Shown: piece after piece, positions 1 to 9,960 of the stretch
How positions within the stretch are numbered: the first letter of the stretch is position 1
Layout: the number at the start of each line of letters is the position of its first letter
Program-made: the position numbers and the translations under genes
The notes under the pieces: model-generated
The model's database searches: none
What the model saw: only the letters and a program-made list of their open reading frames with translations
Told to the model about the DNA's origin: nothing
IMG/VR virus record: IMGVR_UViG_3300035520_000885
Coordinates: 50,128 to 114,127 of that record
Length of the DNA: 64,000 nt
Strand: one strand, 5' to 3'
Source: a virus
Lineage: Duplodnaviria > Caudoviricetes

Positions 1-137
1 AATTAAAGAGATTCATCACAGAAAAGATGGAGGACGAGATTCTGGTTGAAAAGAAGGAAACCACGAAAGCCATTACCAAATTGGTGACAAAGTTCATTCC
101 TTCTGTCGAGACAAAAGAATCCGTTTCTGCCGAATAA
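1..137 (+). CDS. 3' end of a gene running in from the left edge
   Basis: Open frame ...LKRFITEKMEDEILVEKK...SAE* ending at TAA 135-137, followed by a terminator hairpin. Confidence 0.6.
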   Translation, partial: LKRFITEKMEDEILVEKKETTKAITKLVTKFIPSVETKESVSAE

Positions 138-149
138 AAAACGGCAGAT

Positions 150-188
150 AAAGAGAGACACTAGAAATTCTAGTGTCTCTCTTTTTTG
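150..188. terminator. Bidirectional intrinsic terminator
   Basis: aagagagacactag-aaatt-ctagtgtctctctt with A/T tails between convergent genes. Confidence 0.8.
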
Positions 189-2789
189 TCATTTTACCAT
201 GATTCTGATATAGTTGGCTAGCCTATTATCTGCATCCGTATTATTTTTTGTATCAATAATATCTACTGGGTACATATTAAACATGTTATTGTGACTGATG
301 ACGAAGATTTGTTCTCCGTCTATCATATTCATCTGTTTCTCGAGTATCTGTAAGAACTTCTCTCGATTAGATGTATCCAAAGTAGAATCAATCTCATCTA
401 ACAACATGATGTTGTACTTGGAGATGGATTGATATATGAGGGCAAAAGAAAATGCTAAGGATATAAAACTTCTTTCTCCCTGGGATGCATAACAGACATC
501 TCCAATTTCTGTTCCTTTCGTAGTATAAGGAATCTTGAACTCATCAGCAGTGATATTGAAATTCTCTATATAGAGTTCATCATCATAGACAATTTCCAGC
601 AACTCATTTGTGATTTCCTGGATACTTTTTAGATATATCTGAATATAGAGAAGAGGAATTCCTTCCTTAGCAGATAAAGCATTCTTGACAAGTTCCATCT
701 CATCATATTTTGTATTATATGCTGAGAGGTCTTCATTAAACGATAAGTAAGACTTGATTCTATACTCAGTATCATTAAACTCTTTCAACGCTTTTTCATA
801 CTCATATTTCAATCGGTCGTACTGCTGGAGGAGGTCTTTCTTTTTTCGAAAAAAATCGGTTAATTCATCATAACTATCCTGGAGTTTCTCTACCTCCAGA
901 ACAAGTTTTTCTCTAGATTCTAATGCTTCAATAAATTCCTTATGGAATTCAATATCTTCAATGGTATCCTTTCTATCGGATTCCAGAGTCTCTATCTCTT
1001 CGTTGATCTTTGTGAGAGAATCGGCAGTTTTCTCTAATTCATCAGAGATATCTCCAATCTTATTAGAAAGATACTCAGAATTTCCAATAGATAGTTTCGT
1101 AAGTTTCAACTTCTCTTTCAGTCTATCCAATTCTGCTAAATCCGTTTGCTGCAAATCATATTCTGTGGCAATCGTTAATAGAGAATAGATAGCTTGCTTA
1201 TTGTAGATGGGTTTCATATCCACAATATTATCCATGAAAGTCTGAAGAATGAAATCTTTCTGAATATCTGTGGGAAGCTTCTCTAAAGTAGATTTGCAAT
1301 CTCTCAGATTCTTCAGAAGCCCCATGATAGTCTGATGAGACATTTTCACATAGGTGACGAATGCTTCATCCTCAATGACGACATCCGGTTCCTCTGTGAC
1401 CAAATCAAATAGAGTATTATAGAAATCCTTGATATCACAAGCATCAGTGCATTTTGTTTTAACAGGCCCGATTTTCTTAAGGATATACTGATACACAACT
1501 TCGGCAGCATTCTGAAATTTGCTTTTTTCAGACTTCTGCTTATTACTGGTCACATACTCAGAAATATCCGTATTGCTCAGAATATAACTAGCAGCTTTCT
1601 TGATGGGTTCTTTTCCAAATTCATACATGGTAAGAACCATCTCAGAGCACTTATCCAGCATGACGATTAAGTCTTCCAATTCTTCCTTGGATACTTTGTT
1701 ATCATACTTAGATAAAGAGCACTCTGTATCACGCTTCTGAATCTTTGCACGAAGCTCAGAAATCATATATTCAAGATTCTTAACGTCAGCAGATTCAGCT
1801 ATCTTGTCAAGTTCATCTTTAATCTCATTAGAATCACAGATGAGCTTATCGTATACATCAAGAAGTTCTTTTCTTTTCTCTCTACTATGAGCGATATCAG
1901 ATTCAATCTGTACTAGATTCTTCTCCAGTTCAGTAGATTCTTCTCTCATTTCTTCCAGAGATTTAGAATCTAGCTTTCCTTTCTGGACAAGTTTCTCCGC
2001 TTTCACACATTCTTTTTTCTTGATATCCAGGTTTTCCTTTACCTCAAGAATAGAATCGTACTTGGAAATCTCATACTCAATCACATCAAGTTGACTCTTC
2101 ATAGAGTCTAGAGCAGACTTCAATGTCTCAATCTGTTTCTGTCTCTCTTTTTGAGATTTCTTAGCCTCATCTATGTCTCCAATAGAAAGCTTTGTAATCT
2201 TATCTACAGTATGAGAGATGACAGATTTGACTTCTCTCATATCTGCAACGATTTTCTTATAGTATTTCAGATAGATATCTACTTCATCAAGAATCTTTCC
2301 CATGAAGGATTTTCTGTCCGTAGTCTTGAGGTCAATGAAGTTTGTTACATTACTCCCAAGCCTAGTAAGCTTCAGATAATCCATCTCAATTCCAAGTTCT
2401 TCATGGATAATATCCTTGAAGGACTTCACATTTCCATTCACATTCAACTCATTCCCGTTTTTCTCTATATAGGATTTTACGGTATGACTGTCCTTAGATG
2501 CAGTATAGAAATGCTTGATGACGTATTCGTCTCCATCATCTTCGATACGGATTTCTTTATATCCATCCTCCCCGCTTACGATAAGAGGATTTTCGCTTCT
2601 TACATCCAGATTACCATTTGTAGCAAACGGATGCATACAACTAAGAATACTGGTTTTTCCACTTCCATTTGGCCCAGTAATCAGTATAATCTTATTTTTA
2701 CATTTCGTGAGATCAATACTAATCTCATCGCTATGATACGCAGTTTTGATATTTGCGAAGTTTCTTAATAGGATATATGTAATTTTCAT
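189..2789 (-). CDS. sbcC: SbcC/Rad50-like SMC ATPase
   Basis: Walker A GPNGSGKT, long coiled coil, signature ASQGE, Walker B LLDEID, H-loop ISH. Confidence 0.9.
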   Translation of the reverse strand: MKITYILLRNFANIKTAYHSDEISIDLTKCKNKIILITGPNGSGKTSILSCMHPFATNGNLDVRSENPLIVSGEDGYKEIRIEDDGDEYVIKHFYTASKDSHTVKSYIEKNGNELNVNGNVKSFKDIIHEELGIEMDYLKLTRLGSNVTNFIDLKTTDRKSFMGKILDEVDIYLKYYKKIVADMREVKSVISHTVDKITKLSIGDIDEAKKSQKERQKQIETLKSALDSMKSQLDVIEYEISKYDSILEVKENLDIKKKECVKAEKLVQKGKLDSKSLEEMREESTELEKNLVQIESDIAHSREKRKELLDVYDKLICDSNEIKDELDKIAESADVKNLEYMISELRAKIQKRDTECSLSKYDNKVSKEELEDLIVMLDKCSEMVLTMYEFGKEPIKKAASYILSNTDISEYVTSNKQKSEKSKFQNAAEVVYQYILKKIGPVKTKCTDACDIKDFYNTLFDLVTEEPDVVIEDEAFVTYVKMSHQTIMGLLKNLRDCKSTLEKLPTDIQKDFILQTFMDNIVDMKPIYNKQAIYSLLTIATEYDLQQTDLAELDRLKEKLKLTKLSIGNSEYLSNKIGDISDELEKTADSLTKINEEIETLESDRKDTIEDIEFHKEFIEALESREKLVLEVEKLQDSYDELTDFFRKKKDLLQQYDRLKYEYEKALKEFNDTEYRIKSYLSFNEDLSAYNTKYDEMELVKNALSAKEGIPLLYIQIYLKSIQEITNELLEIVYDDELYIENFNITADEFKIPYTTKGTEIGDVCYASQGERSFISLAFSFALIYQSISKYNIMLLDEIDSTLDTSNREKFLQILEKQMNMIDGEQIFVISHNNMFNMYPVDIIDTKNNTDADNRLANYIRIMVK

Positions 2790-2865
2790 TCAAATACCTA
2801 CTTTCTTCTCATATAAGAAACGGTCATCTGAAATATGAAAAAGGTGAGTTTGAATAATTTTCTAC

Positions 2866-2877
2866 AACATAAGTTTA
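2866..2877 (+). promoter_or_regulatory. Late-type phage promoter AACA-N6-TA
   Basis: AACATAAGTTTA; the same motif precedes many genes in the window; no + strand ORF follows. Confidence 0.6.
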
Positions 2878-3160
2878 ATCATTCATCTATGATTTCCCAG
2901 GTGGGAGCACTATGTTTATGCTATCAGCATGCCTGTCATGCATAAACTGAGCAGGCTTCTTCGGTGTTGTAGAGCTTTTTTGCATTTGTTTCCTTCACAG
3001 AGATAGATTGCATCTCGTTCACGCGTCTATGGATAACTCCTCCTATATGATATGTTTGGGTGCACGTTACAATTTCTGCGGGGCATGCTGATCCGCTAGG
3101 GTAGCGGGGCCCTGGCAACCTGCTCAGTTTGACAGGAATCGCATCGAAAGATGCGTGTTA
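2878..3160 (+). ncRNA. Candidate structured (pseudoknotted) non-coding RNA
   Basis: Crossed helices 2923-2934/3081-3092 and 2944-2955/3119-3130, GAAA-capped hairpin near 3140-3155, promoter upstream and terminator downstream. Confidence 0.6.
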
Positions 3161-3163
3161 AAT

Positions 3164-3200
3164 AAAGAAGTGGATACAGTTGATTCTGTATCCACTTCTT
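3164..3200. terminator. Intrinsic terminator hairpin
   Basis: aagaagtggatacag...ctgtatccacttctt. Confidence 0.75.
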
Positions 3201-3210
3201 AAGACCCATT

Positions 3211-4467
3211 TTACTTGAGTTTGTAAATATCCTTAACGAGATTATTGACGTAATCGACATTAATCATGATAAGGATTTTATAAGTGTAGTACACATCACA
3301 ATTGTGGAACTGCAATGTGTAATCATCAAAGTTGATGGTATAGTCCTTCCCATATTCAAGAAGTTTTCCTTGTTTCCTTACTCTAATTCTAAAGAAGTCC
3401 ATCAAGGTGATTCCTCTATCTGTATGGAATTTGATTGCAGCTTTGATGCTATTACTCAGTAAGCTATCAATAGATACTGAGTCATTTTTTGTCTCCAATC
3501 TGCAAGATGGAGAAGCATAAAGTTGCCAGCCCATGGGAAGGTCAATATCATCCTTAGTCAATACGTCTGTGAAGATAGGAATGATATTGGAATCGTTAGA
3601 GTTATCAATTGTGATAACCGTTGGATTCACTAAAGCGTCGGAGAACAGATAATAGAAACCAGTAGAGTAGAACTCACATCTCACATTGAAAGAAATACTA
3701 TACCGCTCAGAAATCTGTCCAACCTGAGACCCTTCATCAGGACTAAAGTTCGTGATGATAGTGTCGATATTCACAGGATAGTACCGATAGTATTCATCGG
3801 AATTTGTGCTACCTTGAAGCTTATAAGTGATAGGGAAAGCAGAGTTAGAGTTCAGGTATTTCAGAAATTCCCTGTTGCTTCCATTCTCATCATACATAGG
3901 AATCCCTACGATTTTAGAAAGTTGCTCAAGGAGTTTCGGGGAAATGTAACTCTCCAGACATGTCTGAAGGAAGAATGGAATCTCCTGTCTGACGGCATTC
4001 CTGAAATAGTTGGCCCAGTTAATCTGCTGAATCATAGTCTGGAAAATCAATACAACATCGAAATTCATGACATGTCGATTCATCTGATACTTGATGGCTA
4101 CCTTTCTTCCTCTGTCCATAAAAAAATCTTGCAGATTCGTTCCTGCATATTTTGAATACAGGTCTCCCTGTCTTTCAATCAGCATCGTTCCATTTAAGAA
4201 CTTAGATGTATCCGTCCAGTCGATTTTAGGACGGATGATAAACATAGGAGGAGCTTTCTTCAGAAACTCCTTTGGTGTACTCCGCATTTGAGAATGTGAA
4301 ATCTTAGAATTCACATGGATGGTACGGAATAAATCTTTCGGAAATAGATTCAGTAACCAGTTCTGAATGAATGCCGTCACATTTCCAAATGTATGAGCCG
4401 TAGAGCACTGGCACTGTATATAATGTACAGGGTGACCCTCAAAGAATTCTTTTTTAAAATCCTCCAT
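3211..4467 (-). CDS. Hypothetical protein, probably virion structural (late gene)
   Basis: ~418-aa ORF, SD AAGGAG, late promoter AACATTGTATTA at 4493-4504. Confidence 0.6.
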   Translation of the reverse strand: MEDFKKEFFEGHPVHYIQCQCSTAHTFGNVTAFIQNWLLNLFPKDLFRTIHVNSKISHSQMRSTPKEFLKKAPPMFIIRPKIDWTDTSKFLNGTMLIERQGDLYSKYAGTNLQDFFMDRGRKVAIKYQMNRHVMNFDVVLIFQTMIQQINWANYFRNAVRQEIPFFLQTCLESYISPKLLEQLSKIVGIPMYDENGSNREFLKYLNSNSAFPITYKLQGSTNSDEYYRYYPVNIDTIITNFSPDEGSQVGQISERYSISFNVRCEFYSTGFYYLFSDALVNPTVITIDNSNDSNIIPIFTDVLTKDDIDLPMGWQLYASPSCRLETKNDSVSIDSLLSNSIKAAIKFHTDRGITLMDFFRIRVRKQGKLLEYGKDYTINFDDYTLQFHNCDVYYTYKILIMINVDYVNNLVKDIYKLK

Positions 4468-4703
4468 GATTTTCACTCCTTTCTTTATTGCTTAATACAA
4501 TGTTTTCTAGGCAATTTCTTGATTCCGTTCTATAAGTGAAGCATATATTATAATACTAAGACATAGAAAGATATTCGAATAGATTTTCTAAAAGGAGATG
4601 ATGACTATGTGGATGCGTGGGCCGTAGGTCTCTCCGCACATAAATACATACGGGGTGTACGTATGTATGTTTTTTGTTTTGGATATGAACAAATACGGGA
4701 GAG

Positions 4704-5084
4704 TTGCAATTTGCTATGAGGGACATCACTTTAAATGACGTACAGCTTGCCATGAATAACGGTGGCAAGAGCGCAAAATTTCTTTTGGAAGCCCTGACAA
4801 CTTTGGACGCATGGGATCTGCCTATTATGGCGGGAGAAAAGAGTAATGAAACGGAAAAAATATGTGAAATATCGACAATGAATTCCCCACTTGTGGATGC
4901 AAGTGAGAACTTAAGGCGGGCTCTCGAAATGTTAGTCGAAGATGGGTTTGGAGATGAAGTCGTTTTCTTTACGGATGAAGACTTGACATTGAGTGAACCA
5001 ATTCCATTCAAACAGCCGACAGTTCATACGTATAAGACGTATGATGGAAATCATATAATTTCTATGTCTTATTTGTCCATTTAG
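4704..5084 (+). CDS. Hypothetical protein (start may be ATG 4716)
   Basis: ORF downstream of an early-type motif at ~4543-4552, followed by terminator 5101-5140. Confidence 0.55.
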   Translation: MQFAMRDITLNDVQLAMNNGGKSAKFLLEALTTLDAWDLPIMAGEKSNETEKICEISTMNSPLVDASENLRRALEMLVEDGFGDEVVFFTDEDLTLSEPIPFKQPTVHTYKTYDGNHIISMSYLSI

Positions 5085-5147
5085 TGTAAGAGAGGGTAAG
5101 AAGAACGAGATACCAGCCAGTTGGTATCTCGTTCTTTTTTGTATTGA

Positions 5148-5568
5148 TTAAATCAACATGTCATCCACGTCGATTTGTTTAGACGAAATATTAGAGGTGT
5201 GGAATTTCTTCATACCCAGTCTCAGAAGAGTAGTAGCAATCTTACTACAACCGAGACCAATATTCTGACGGTCAGTCATGTAATTCATTTCTCCAGCACA
5301 GATATTGCAAATCTTGTCTGTAGTGCAGTACATGGGAGATCTCAAATTTACATGCTTTCCAACGTATCTATCAATTACATCAGGGGTGAGAAGTTTGGGC
5401 TTCCCACCTTCCATAATATAACGATAGAAATAGGATCTCTTATTTTTTTCAGTGATTAAGATATCCAGAGTCTTCTTGCATTGGCAATCCGTCCCATGGT
5501 CATCAATCACTTCAGTCTGCATAGCAGCCAATAGCTGCTTTGCAAGATATCCTGATTCTTGAGTTCCG
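5148..5568 (-). CDS. rpoC: Putative virion RNAP beta-prime C-terminal subunit, exon 2
   Basis: GTQESGYLAKQL (bridge helix, cf. TADSGYLTRRL), RSPMYC..ICNICAG zinc site, RLGMKKFH trigger loop; joined to exon 1 gives 399 aa. Confidence 0.85.
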
Positions 5569-6783
5569 CATTACTTGTATTCATAATAGGTCGTTACTCT
5601 ATTATCGCTTTATTCAAGCTGCTCTATATTACTATAGAGAGTAGACTATATCATCACTATACATCCTGTTACCAGACATATAATGCCATGCGCTTCGATT
5701 TAATGGATTTACTATAGACTAATCTCATCTATACACCAACCCAATCACTTGGCTCTACTCTACTTACTTCCTCATATAGGTGTTTCTCCTATACTATGCT
5801 TTCGATAGTCGTTGAACGTCGATTAGAAATCATAATCTTTTGAGATATCCTTTCTTCTTCTATGAGTACGGATATCCTTAACCAATTCTCGTTTAACCCC
5901 AAACAATGCAGCAATCTCTGGGTCTTTATACTTCTTTAACTCAAGCATCTTACAAATCCCATGAATAGTGGATAATGGAATGGTATTAGGAATTGAATTT
6001 CCAAGCTTCGGAAATTTGTATCTGGATGTAATGTGCTTCCAGCACTCACCAGAACGAATGTGTTGTATCGTCTTTTTTCCAATACCAAGTTTTTTGGAAA
6101 TCTCTCCATTATTCATTTTCTTCATAATGCATTCGCAGATTTCAATAGCTTCCTTCTCACTAATTTTAGCAAGATGCGCATTCTCTCCACGAATACCATC
6201 ACAAAGACCTTCTCTCCAGGCGTGCTCTGTATTTTCTTTTCCTGTCACCCACTCAAGATTGAAAGCCGCGTTATGATGTTTATTCCCATCTTTATGATTA
6301 GGAACTAAATCATCGAAGCGCTTTCCATCTTTTTTATGTCGTTTCGGAATCTCACAGAAGTACATAGCAACTAACCTATGAATACTGAATTCTTTCTTCT
6401 CACCATTTATCTTCACATACCCTCTATAGTATATGAGATTTTGGCCAGAGAAATCATTTATTGTTTTCTTCTTGGTATTTTTAAGACGACCATGATTCGA
6501 TATCTGATACTGAGTTCTACTTCCATCATCATTTAGGATCCATTTCCAAACCTCTTTGTACTGACTAAGCATTGTATTATAGATAGCGTCAGGTTGCTTT
6601 GAATTGAAGATAATTTCAAGGTTAAAAGATGTTTTAGGCATTTTGCAATACACTCCCTAATATAAGATTTAGTATAATGTACTGCAAACATTATTTTAAT
6701 AATTTCTAATCTTTCGCTGCTGATTGTCGACACTTGTCGATGTTCCAGCAATTCACATGGTTTAAAGGCTGCCACAACTCAAA
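5569..6783 (-). mobile_element. Group I intron (1215 nt) carrying an HNH endonuclease
   Basis: P1 aaggctgU/Gcagcctt, core AATTGCTGGAA, AATCAGCAG, CAACGACTA, GATATAGTC, terminal G; splicing restores PKAV|GTQESGY. Confidence 0.88.
5823..6653 (-). CDS. Intron-encoded NUMOD4/HNH homing endonuclease
   Basis: YQISNHGR, IHRLVA, NHKDGNKHHN..NLEWVT..EN, C-terminal HTH-like repeats. Confidence 0.88.
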   Translation of the reverse strand: MYCKMPKTSFNLEIIFNSKQPDAIYNTMLSQYKEVWKWILNDDGSRTQYQISNHGRLKNTKKKTINDFSGQNLIYYRGYVKINGEKKEFSIHRLVAMYFCEIPKRHKKDGKRFDDLVPNHKDGNKHHNAAFNLEWVTGKENTEHAWREGLCDGIRGENAHLAKISEKEAIEICECIMKKMNNGEISKKLGIGKKTIQHIRSGECWKHITSRYKFPKLGNSIPNTIPLSTIHGICKMLELKKYKDPEIAALFGVKRELVKDIRTHRRRKDISKDYDF

Positions 6784-7562
6784 ACAGCCTTCGGGTAAGC
6801 GCCTGATACCACAGCAGTACCGAAACTTGGGATGTCTTCTTTACGAATACCATCCATAAAGGAAGACCTCACGATTTCGTACTCACCGCGGTTATTCATG
6901 GTAGCACCCTTAAATAAATTCATATTCTTGTAGTTACCGAAGTTACCACGAGCTTCTGAATTATATAGATCCATACCAGGATCGCCCTTAAGAATCTCTT
7001 TTGCATCTGCAACAAGCTTCTTCTCAATCTTTTCAGAAGTAACAATGTCACCTGCATTGAGTTCTTTATCATACTTCTTAAATAGCTCTTCCTTTTCTTT
7101 CTGTACAGATGGAGGAGTTTTAATTGTATTCATGGTGAAAGAAGTGGTTATGACAGAATTGAGCTGCATTCCCAGATTATCACGGTAGTCGATATATCTG
7201 AAGAACTGGTCAATCGTCATTTTATCTTCAATCAGTGCTTGTGTAAGTTTTCCTTCCAACTTACCATTTACACTCTTCGTAATGGGTTCATTGACATAGC
7301 CCAAGACTTTCTGCAAGCCAACTCTTTCTACAATGTACTTATTATAGATGAATCTTCCTACAGTAGTTTCAGTCTCTTTATCAACGAAGTATTCTTTTGG
7401 AGTTAATACCATAGTATCAGTGGTGTTGAATCTACTTTTCTTAGTAGATTTCATATCTGCACCAATCTGAGTAGTATCTCCAAAGAGTCCAACTAAAGTG
7501 GAGAAAGATAAGTCTTCCGGTTTCAGAGAAAGCAAGTACTTCTTTTCAGAATCACTAATCAT
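6784..7562 (-). CDS. rpoC: Putative virion RNAP beta-prime C-terminal subunit, exon 1
   Basis: TTVGRFIYN, SEARGN, IVRSSFMDG, SGAYPKAV match beta-prime regions; ends at the intron P1 U.G pair. Confidence 0.85.
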
Positions 7563-7564
7563 AA

Positions 7565-8293
7565 TTACGCCTCCTCATCCAATGTCTTCTTCAACATCAG
7601 ACCTCTCGTAACGAGGTCTGAATTTAACCCCATACCAAGTAGATAAGTATCTACTGTATTAAGAGTCGTTTTGTTAGAAGGATCGGATTCCATATCATCG
7701 AGAGAAACGAATCCCTTATTAGAAATCGCAGTATACATCTGCTGCTTCATAACAGGGTCATCGGCACGGGGACCATTCAACTCCTTCAGCACATTCTCCA
7801 TACCAAGAGAAATCAGCATAGAATTCTCCAGGTCAGATTCACGGCCATTCTTATCTGCACCAGTAACCTGACCAGTAAGAGAAGCTCGACTATTAATAGA
7901 AGTAGAAAGTCCATTCTTCTTCGCTAGAGTCTGTTGCGTTCTCTTCACATGACAATAACCAACAGGAATCGGTTCCTTAGATACCACAACGTGGTCTTTG
8001 TCCATTGTATAGTGCGGGAATGCGACTTTCTCCATGAGAGGAATTTTTAGTACCTTGGCTGCTCTCTCGATATCTTCAATTTTCAAATCAATCTCATAAT
8101 CACAGATATTGAGAGGAAGATATGAGGTTTCGCTCTTAAATAACTGAGAGAAGAATCTGTCAAATTGACTATCTGTCATGCTATCGAACATGGCTTTGTA
8201 ATGCTCTGTATTCCTATGGGTAGGATCGAGAGCATCGAAAGTCTTATAGACAAGATCCTCCATTTTTTGCCGTTTTTGCGGTGTAATCGCCAT
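7565..8293 (-). CDS. rpoB: Putative virion RNAP beta C-terminal subunit
   Basis: PVGYCHVKRTQQ, SLTGQV and NGRESDLE resemble beta C-terminal VGYMY.LKL, SLVTQQP and GQRFGEME; late promoter 8326-8337. Confidence 0.75.
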   Translation of the reverse strand: MAITPQKRQKMEDLVYKTFDALDPTHRNTEHYKAMFDSMTDSQFDRFFSQLFKSETSYLPLNICDYEIDLKIEDIERAAKVLKIPLMEKVAFPHYTMDKDHVVVSKEPIPVGYCHVKRTQQTLAKKNGLSTSINSRASLTGQVTGADKNGRESDLENSMLISLGMENVLKELNGPRADDPVMKQQMYTAISNKGFVSLDDMESDPSNKTTLNTVDTYLLGMGLNSDLVTRGLMLKKTLDEEA

Positions 8294-8503
8294 AAACAGT
8301 GTTCCTCCTTTCTCAGTATAGAACTTAATATTTTGTTTCCTATAGGGATTTCTATGAAATCCGTAAATTGGCTCAAAAATGGTGATATAATATACGGATA
8401 GAAATGAGAGAAATAAAACTACAATACTCTCGTTTCTATGTTCCTGGAAATTCTGGGTTAGCAGGTATCCTTAAAACAAAAACTGCATATGAAAGGAGTT
8501 CAC

Positions 8504-8977
8504 ATGAAAGCCACTTTTACCGAGCTGAAGAACATGGCCGTGAATGGATGCGAGAATGAGTTCTTGAATACAGACGGCATCGTCGGAGGCGTCAAGCAGG
8601 GCGTCGCCGCCGGCACCGGCATCATTGCTGGATGTGCTGTCTGGAAAGAGACTAAGTTCTCGGATGCCGGCTTGATCGCAGCCACCGGTGTTGGCGTGGG
8701 CACCTATCGTGCCACCTCCATCGGTATCGACCTGGTAGGCAACCTCGCCAAGAACCTGGCTCTTAAAGCCAAGCTCAATGGGGTTACGCCGAGCGCCGCC
8801 TTTGAAGCGGTAAAATCGAAGATTCCCCATAAAGAATCTTCCGAAACGGTTGCCGCTGAGCCCGTGGCCACTGAGCCGGCCTCGACCTTTGATCCCAATG
8901 TGGCTGAAGATGCCACGTTCATCATTAGCGACGACCCGGTACCTGAAACTGACGCCGATGACGGCGACAACATCTGA
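8504..8977 (+). CDS. Hypothetical Gly/Ala-rich membrane-associated protein with acidic tail
   Basis: SD AAGGAG, hydrophobic Gly-zipper hairpin; early-type motif at ~8384-8394. Confidence 0.65.
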   Translation: MKATFTELKNMAVNGCENEFLNTDGIVGGVKQGVAAGTGIIAGCAVWKETKFSDAGLIAATGVGVGTYRATSIGIDLVGNLAKNLALKAKLNGVTPSAAFEAVKSKIPHKESSETVAAEPVATEPASTFDPNVAEDATFIISDDPVPETDADDGDNI

Positions 8978-8992
8978 GAGGAGGAGAAAGCC

Positions 8993-9136
8993 ATGTTAAT
9001 CAGAATGGGAAGCTATCAGAAGAGCGGGGGCTTGAATAAGCTCCTGGGCAGGTCTTCCAAAAAAATTAAGAAAGCCGCCAATAAGCGGCGTAAGGCTGGT
9101 GGATTTGTATTCACCGGCCTGAAGGGAGGTAAGTGA
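8993..9136 (+). CDS. Small basic protein (47 aa), not in the ORF track
   Basis: SD GAGGAG; MLIRMGSYQKSGGLNKLLGRSSKKIKKAANKRRKAGGFVFTGLKGGK*; fills the gap between neighbouring genes. Confidence 0.65.
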   Translation: MLIRMGSYQKSGGLNKLLGRSSKKIKKAANKRRKAGGFVFTGLKGGK

Positions 9137-9137
9137 T

Positions 9138-9395
9138 ATGGGAGTCAAGAAAGGCCTCGTAGGGATCGGCAATATTATCAACGGCACTGCCGTGTTGGCG
9201 GCGTCCGGAGCGACCGGCATCGTAACCGCCGCGTACGTCATCGACAATCCGGTGCTCGATGACTTTAACTCCAATACCGGATTGGCCATCGGTGCTGGCG
9301 CTGTTGCTGGCGCCGGCACCAGTACTATGATTCTCGGAGTTGAGAATCTGGTGTTGAAAGGCATGAAAAAGATTAAGGAGGTGGCGGAAGGATGA
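9138..9395 (+). CDS. Small hydrophobic Gly/Ala-rich protein
   Basis: SD GGAGG, two hydrophobic segments. Confidence 0.65.
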   Translation: MGVKKGLVGIGNIINGTAVLAASGATGIVTAAYVIDNPVLDDFNSNTGLAIGAGAVAGAGTSTMILGVENLVLKGMKKIKEVAEG

Positions 9396-9718
9396 ACGCC
9401 CAAGCCAGTTTCGAAAACGGGATTGCGACCGGTTCCGCTCTTGCGGTTGGCGTTGGTGGAGCCCTAATGTTGGCCCCTGCAACTGCCTGTCTGGCCGCCG
9501 CAGGCATCACGCTAATCGGCGTGAAGACTTTCTGCCGGATGTCCAACGTTACGGCAGAAGTCAGACACCTTCAGAAGAAGGTGAAGACCAAGAAGATATT
9601 AAAAACCGTCGAAGAGCTCACCGGCGAGGCTGAGGCTCAGATGACGGCTGAGAATATGGCCGCGACTGCTGCGGCTACAATGGGATCCGTGTTACCGAAT
9701 ATTCCGGATCCCGAATGA
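9392..9718 (+). CDS. Small membrane protein
   Basis: ATGA overlap with the upstream gene, hydrophobic N-terminal half. Confidence 0.65.
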   Translation: MNAQASFENGIATGSALAVGVGGALMLAPATACLAAAGITLIGVKTFCRMSNVTAEVRHLQKKVKTKKILKTVEELTGEAEAQMTAENMAATAAATMGSVLPNIPDPE

Positions 9719-9885
9719 CGCCCGTACGGGCTGGGATGCAGTAAGCCTGCATGTGAAGGCCGAGCTGCTCATTAACTCACTCTTAATGAGACACCATCAG
9801 ACGGCTGAGGCACAAACTAATAACTTGGTTGGCCGACCGAGGACTTAGCTGAGCTGGGTATACTCTACATCCCAGATTTCACATA

Positions 9886-9925
9886 CCCCTCACTTATCTC
9901 TGTATAAGTGAGGGGTTCTTTTTTT
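9886..9925 (+). terminator. Intrinsic terminator
   Basis: cccctcacttat...ataagtgagggg followed by a T-run. Confidence 0.8.
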
Positions 9926-9960
9926 GTATTCTGACAATGTATTAAACTATTGAAAAGGAA

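Noticed and set aside
2936-3118. Minus-strand ORF ending AKKLYNTEEACSVYA*, resembling a tmRNA tag with a hairpin over the stop codon
   Set aside because: No tRNA-like acceptor stem, T-loop or CCA end. The promoter and GAAA tetraloop favour the + strand.
4598-4627. SD followed by a 9-codon ORF ending in TAG, suggesting stop-codon recoding
   Set aside because: Long conserved genes read without in-frame TAG and no suppressor tRNA is seen; there is no support for an alternative code
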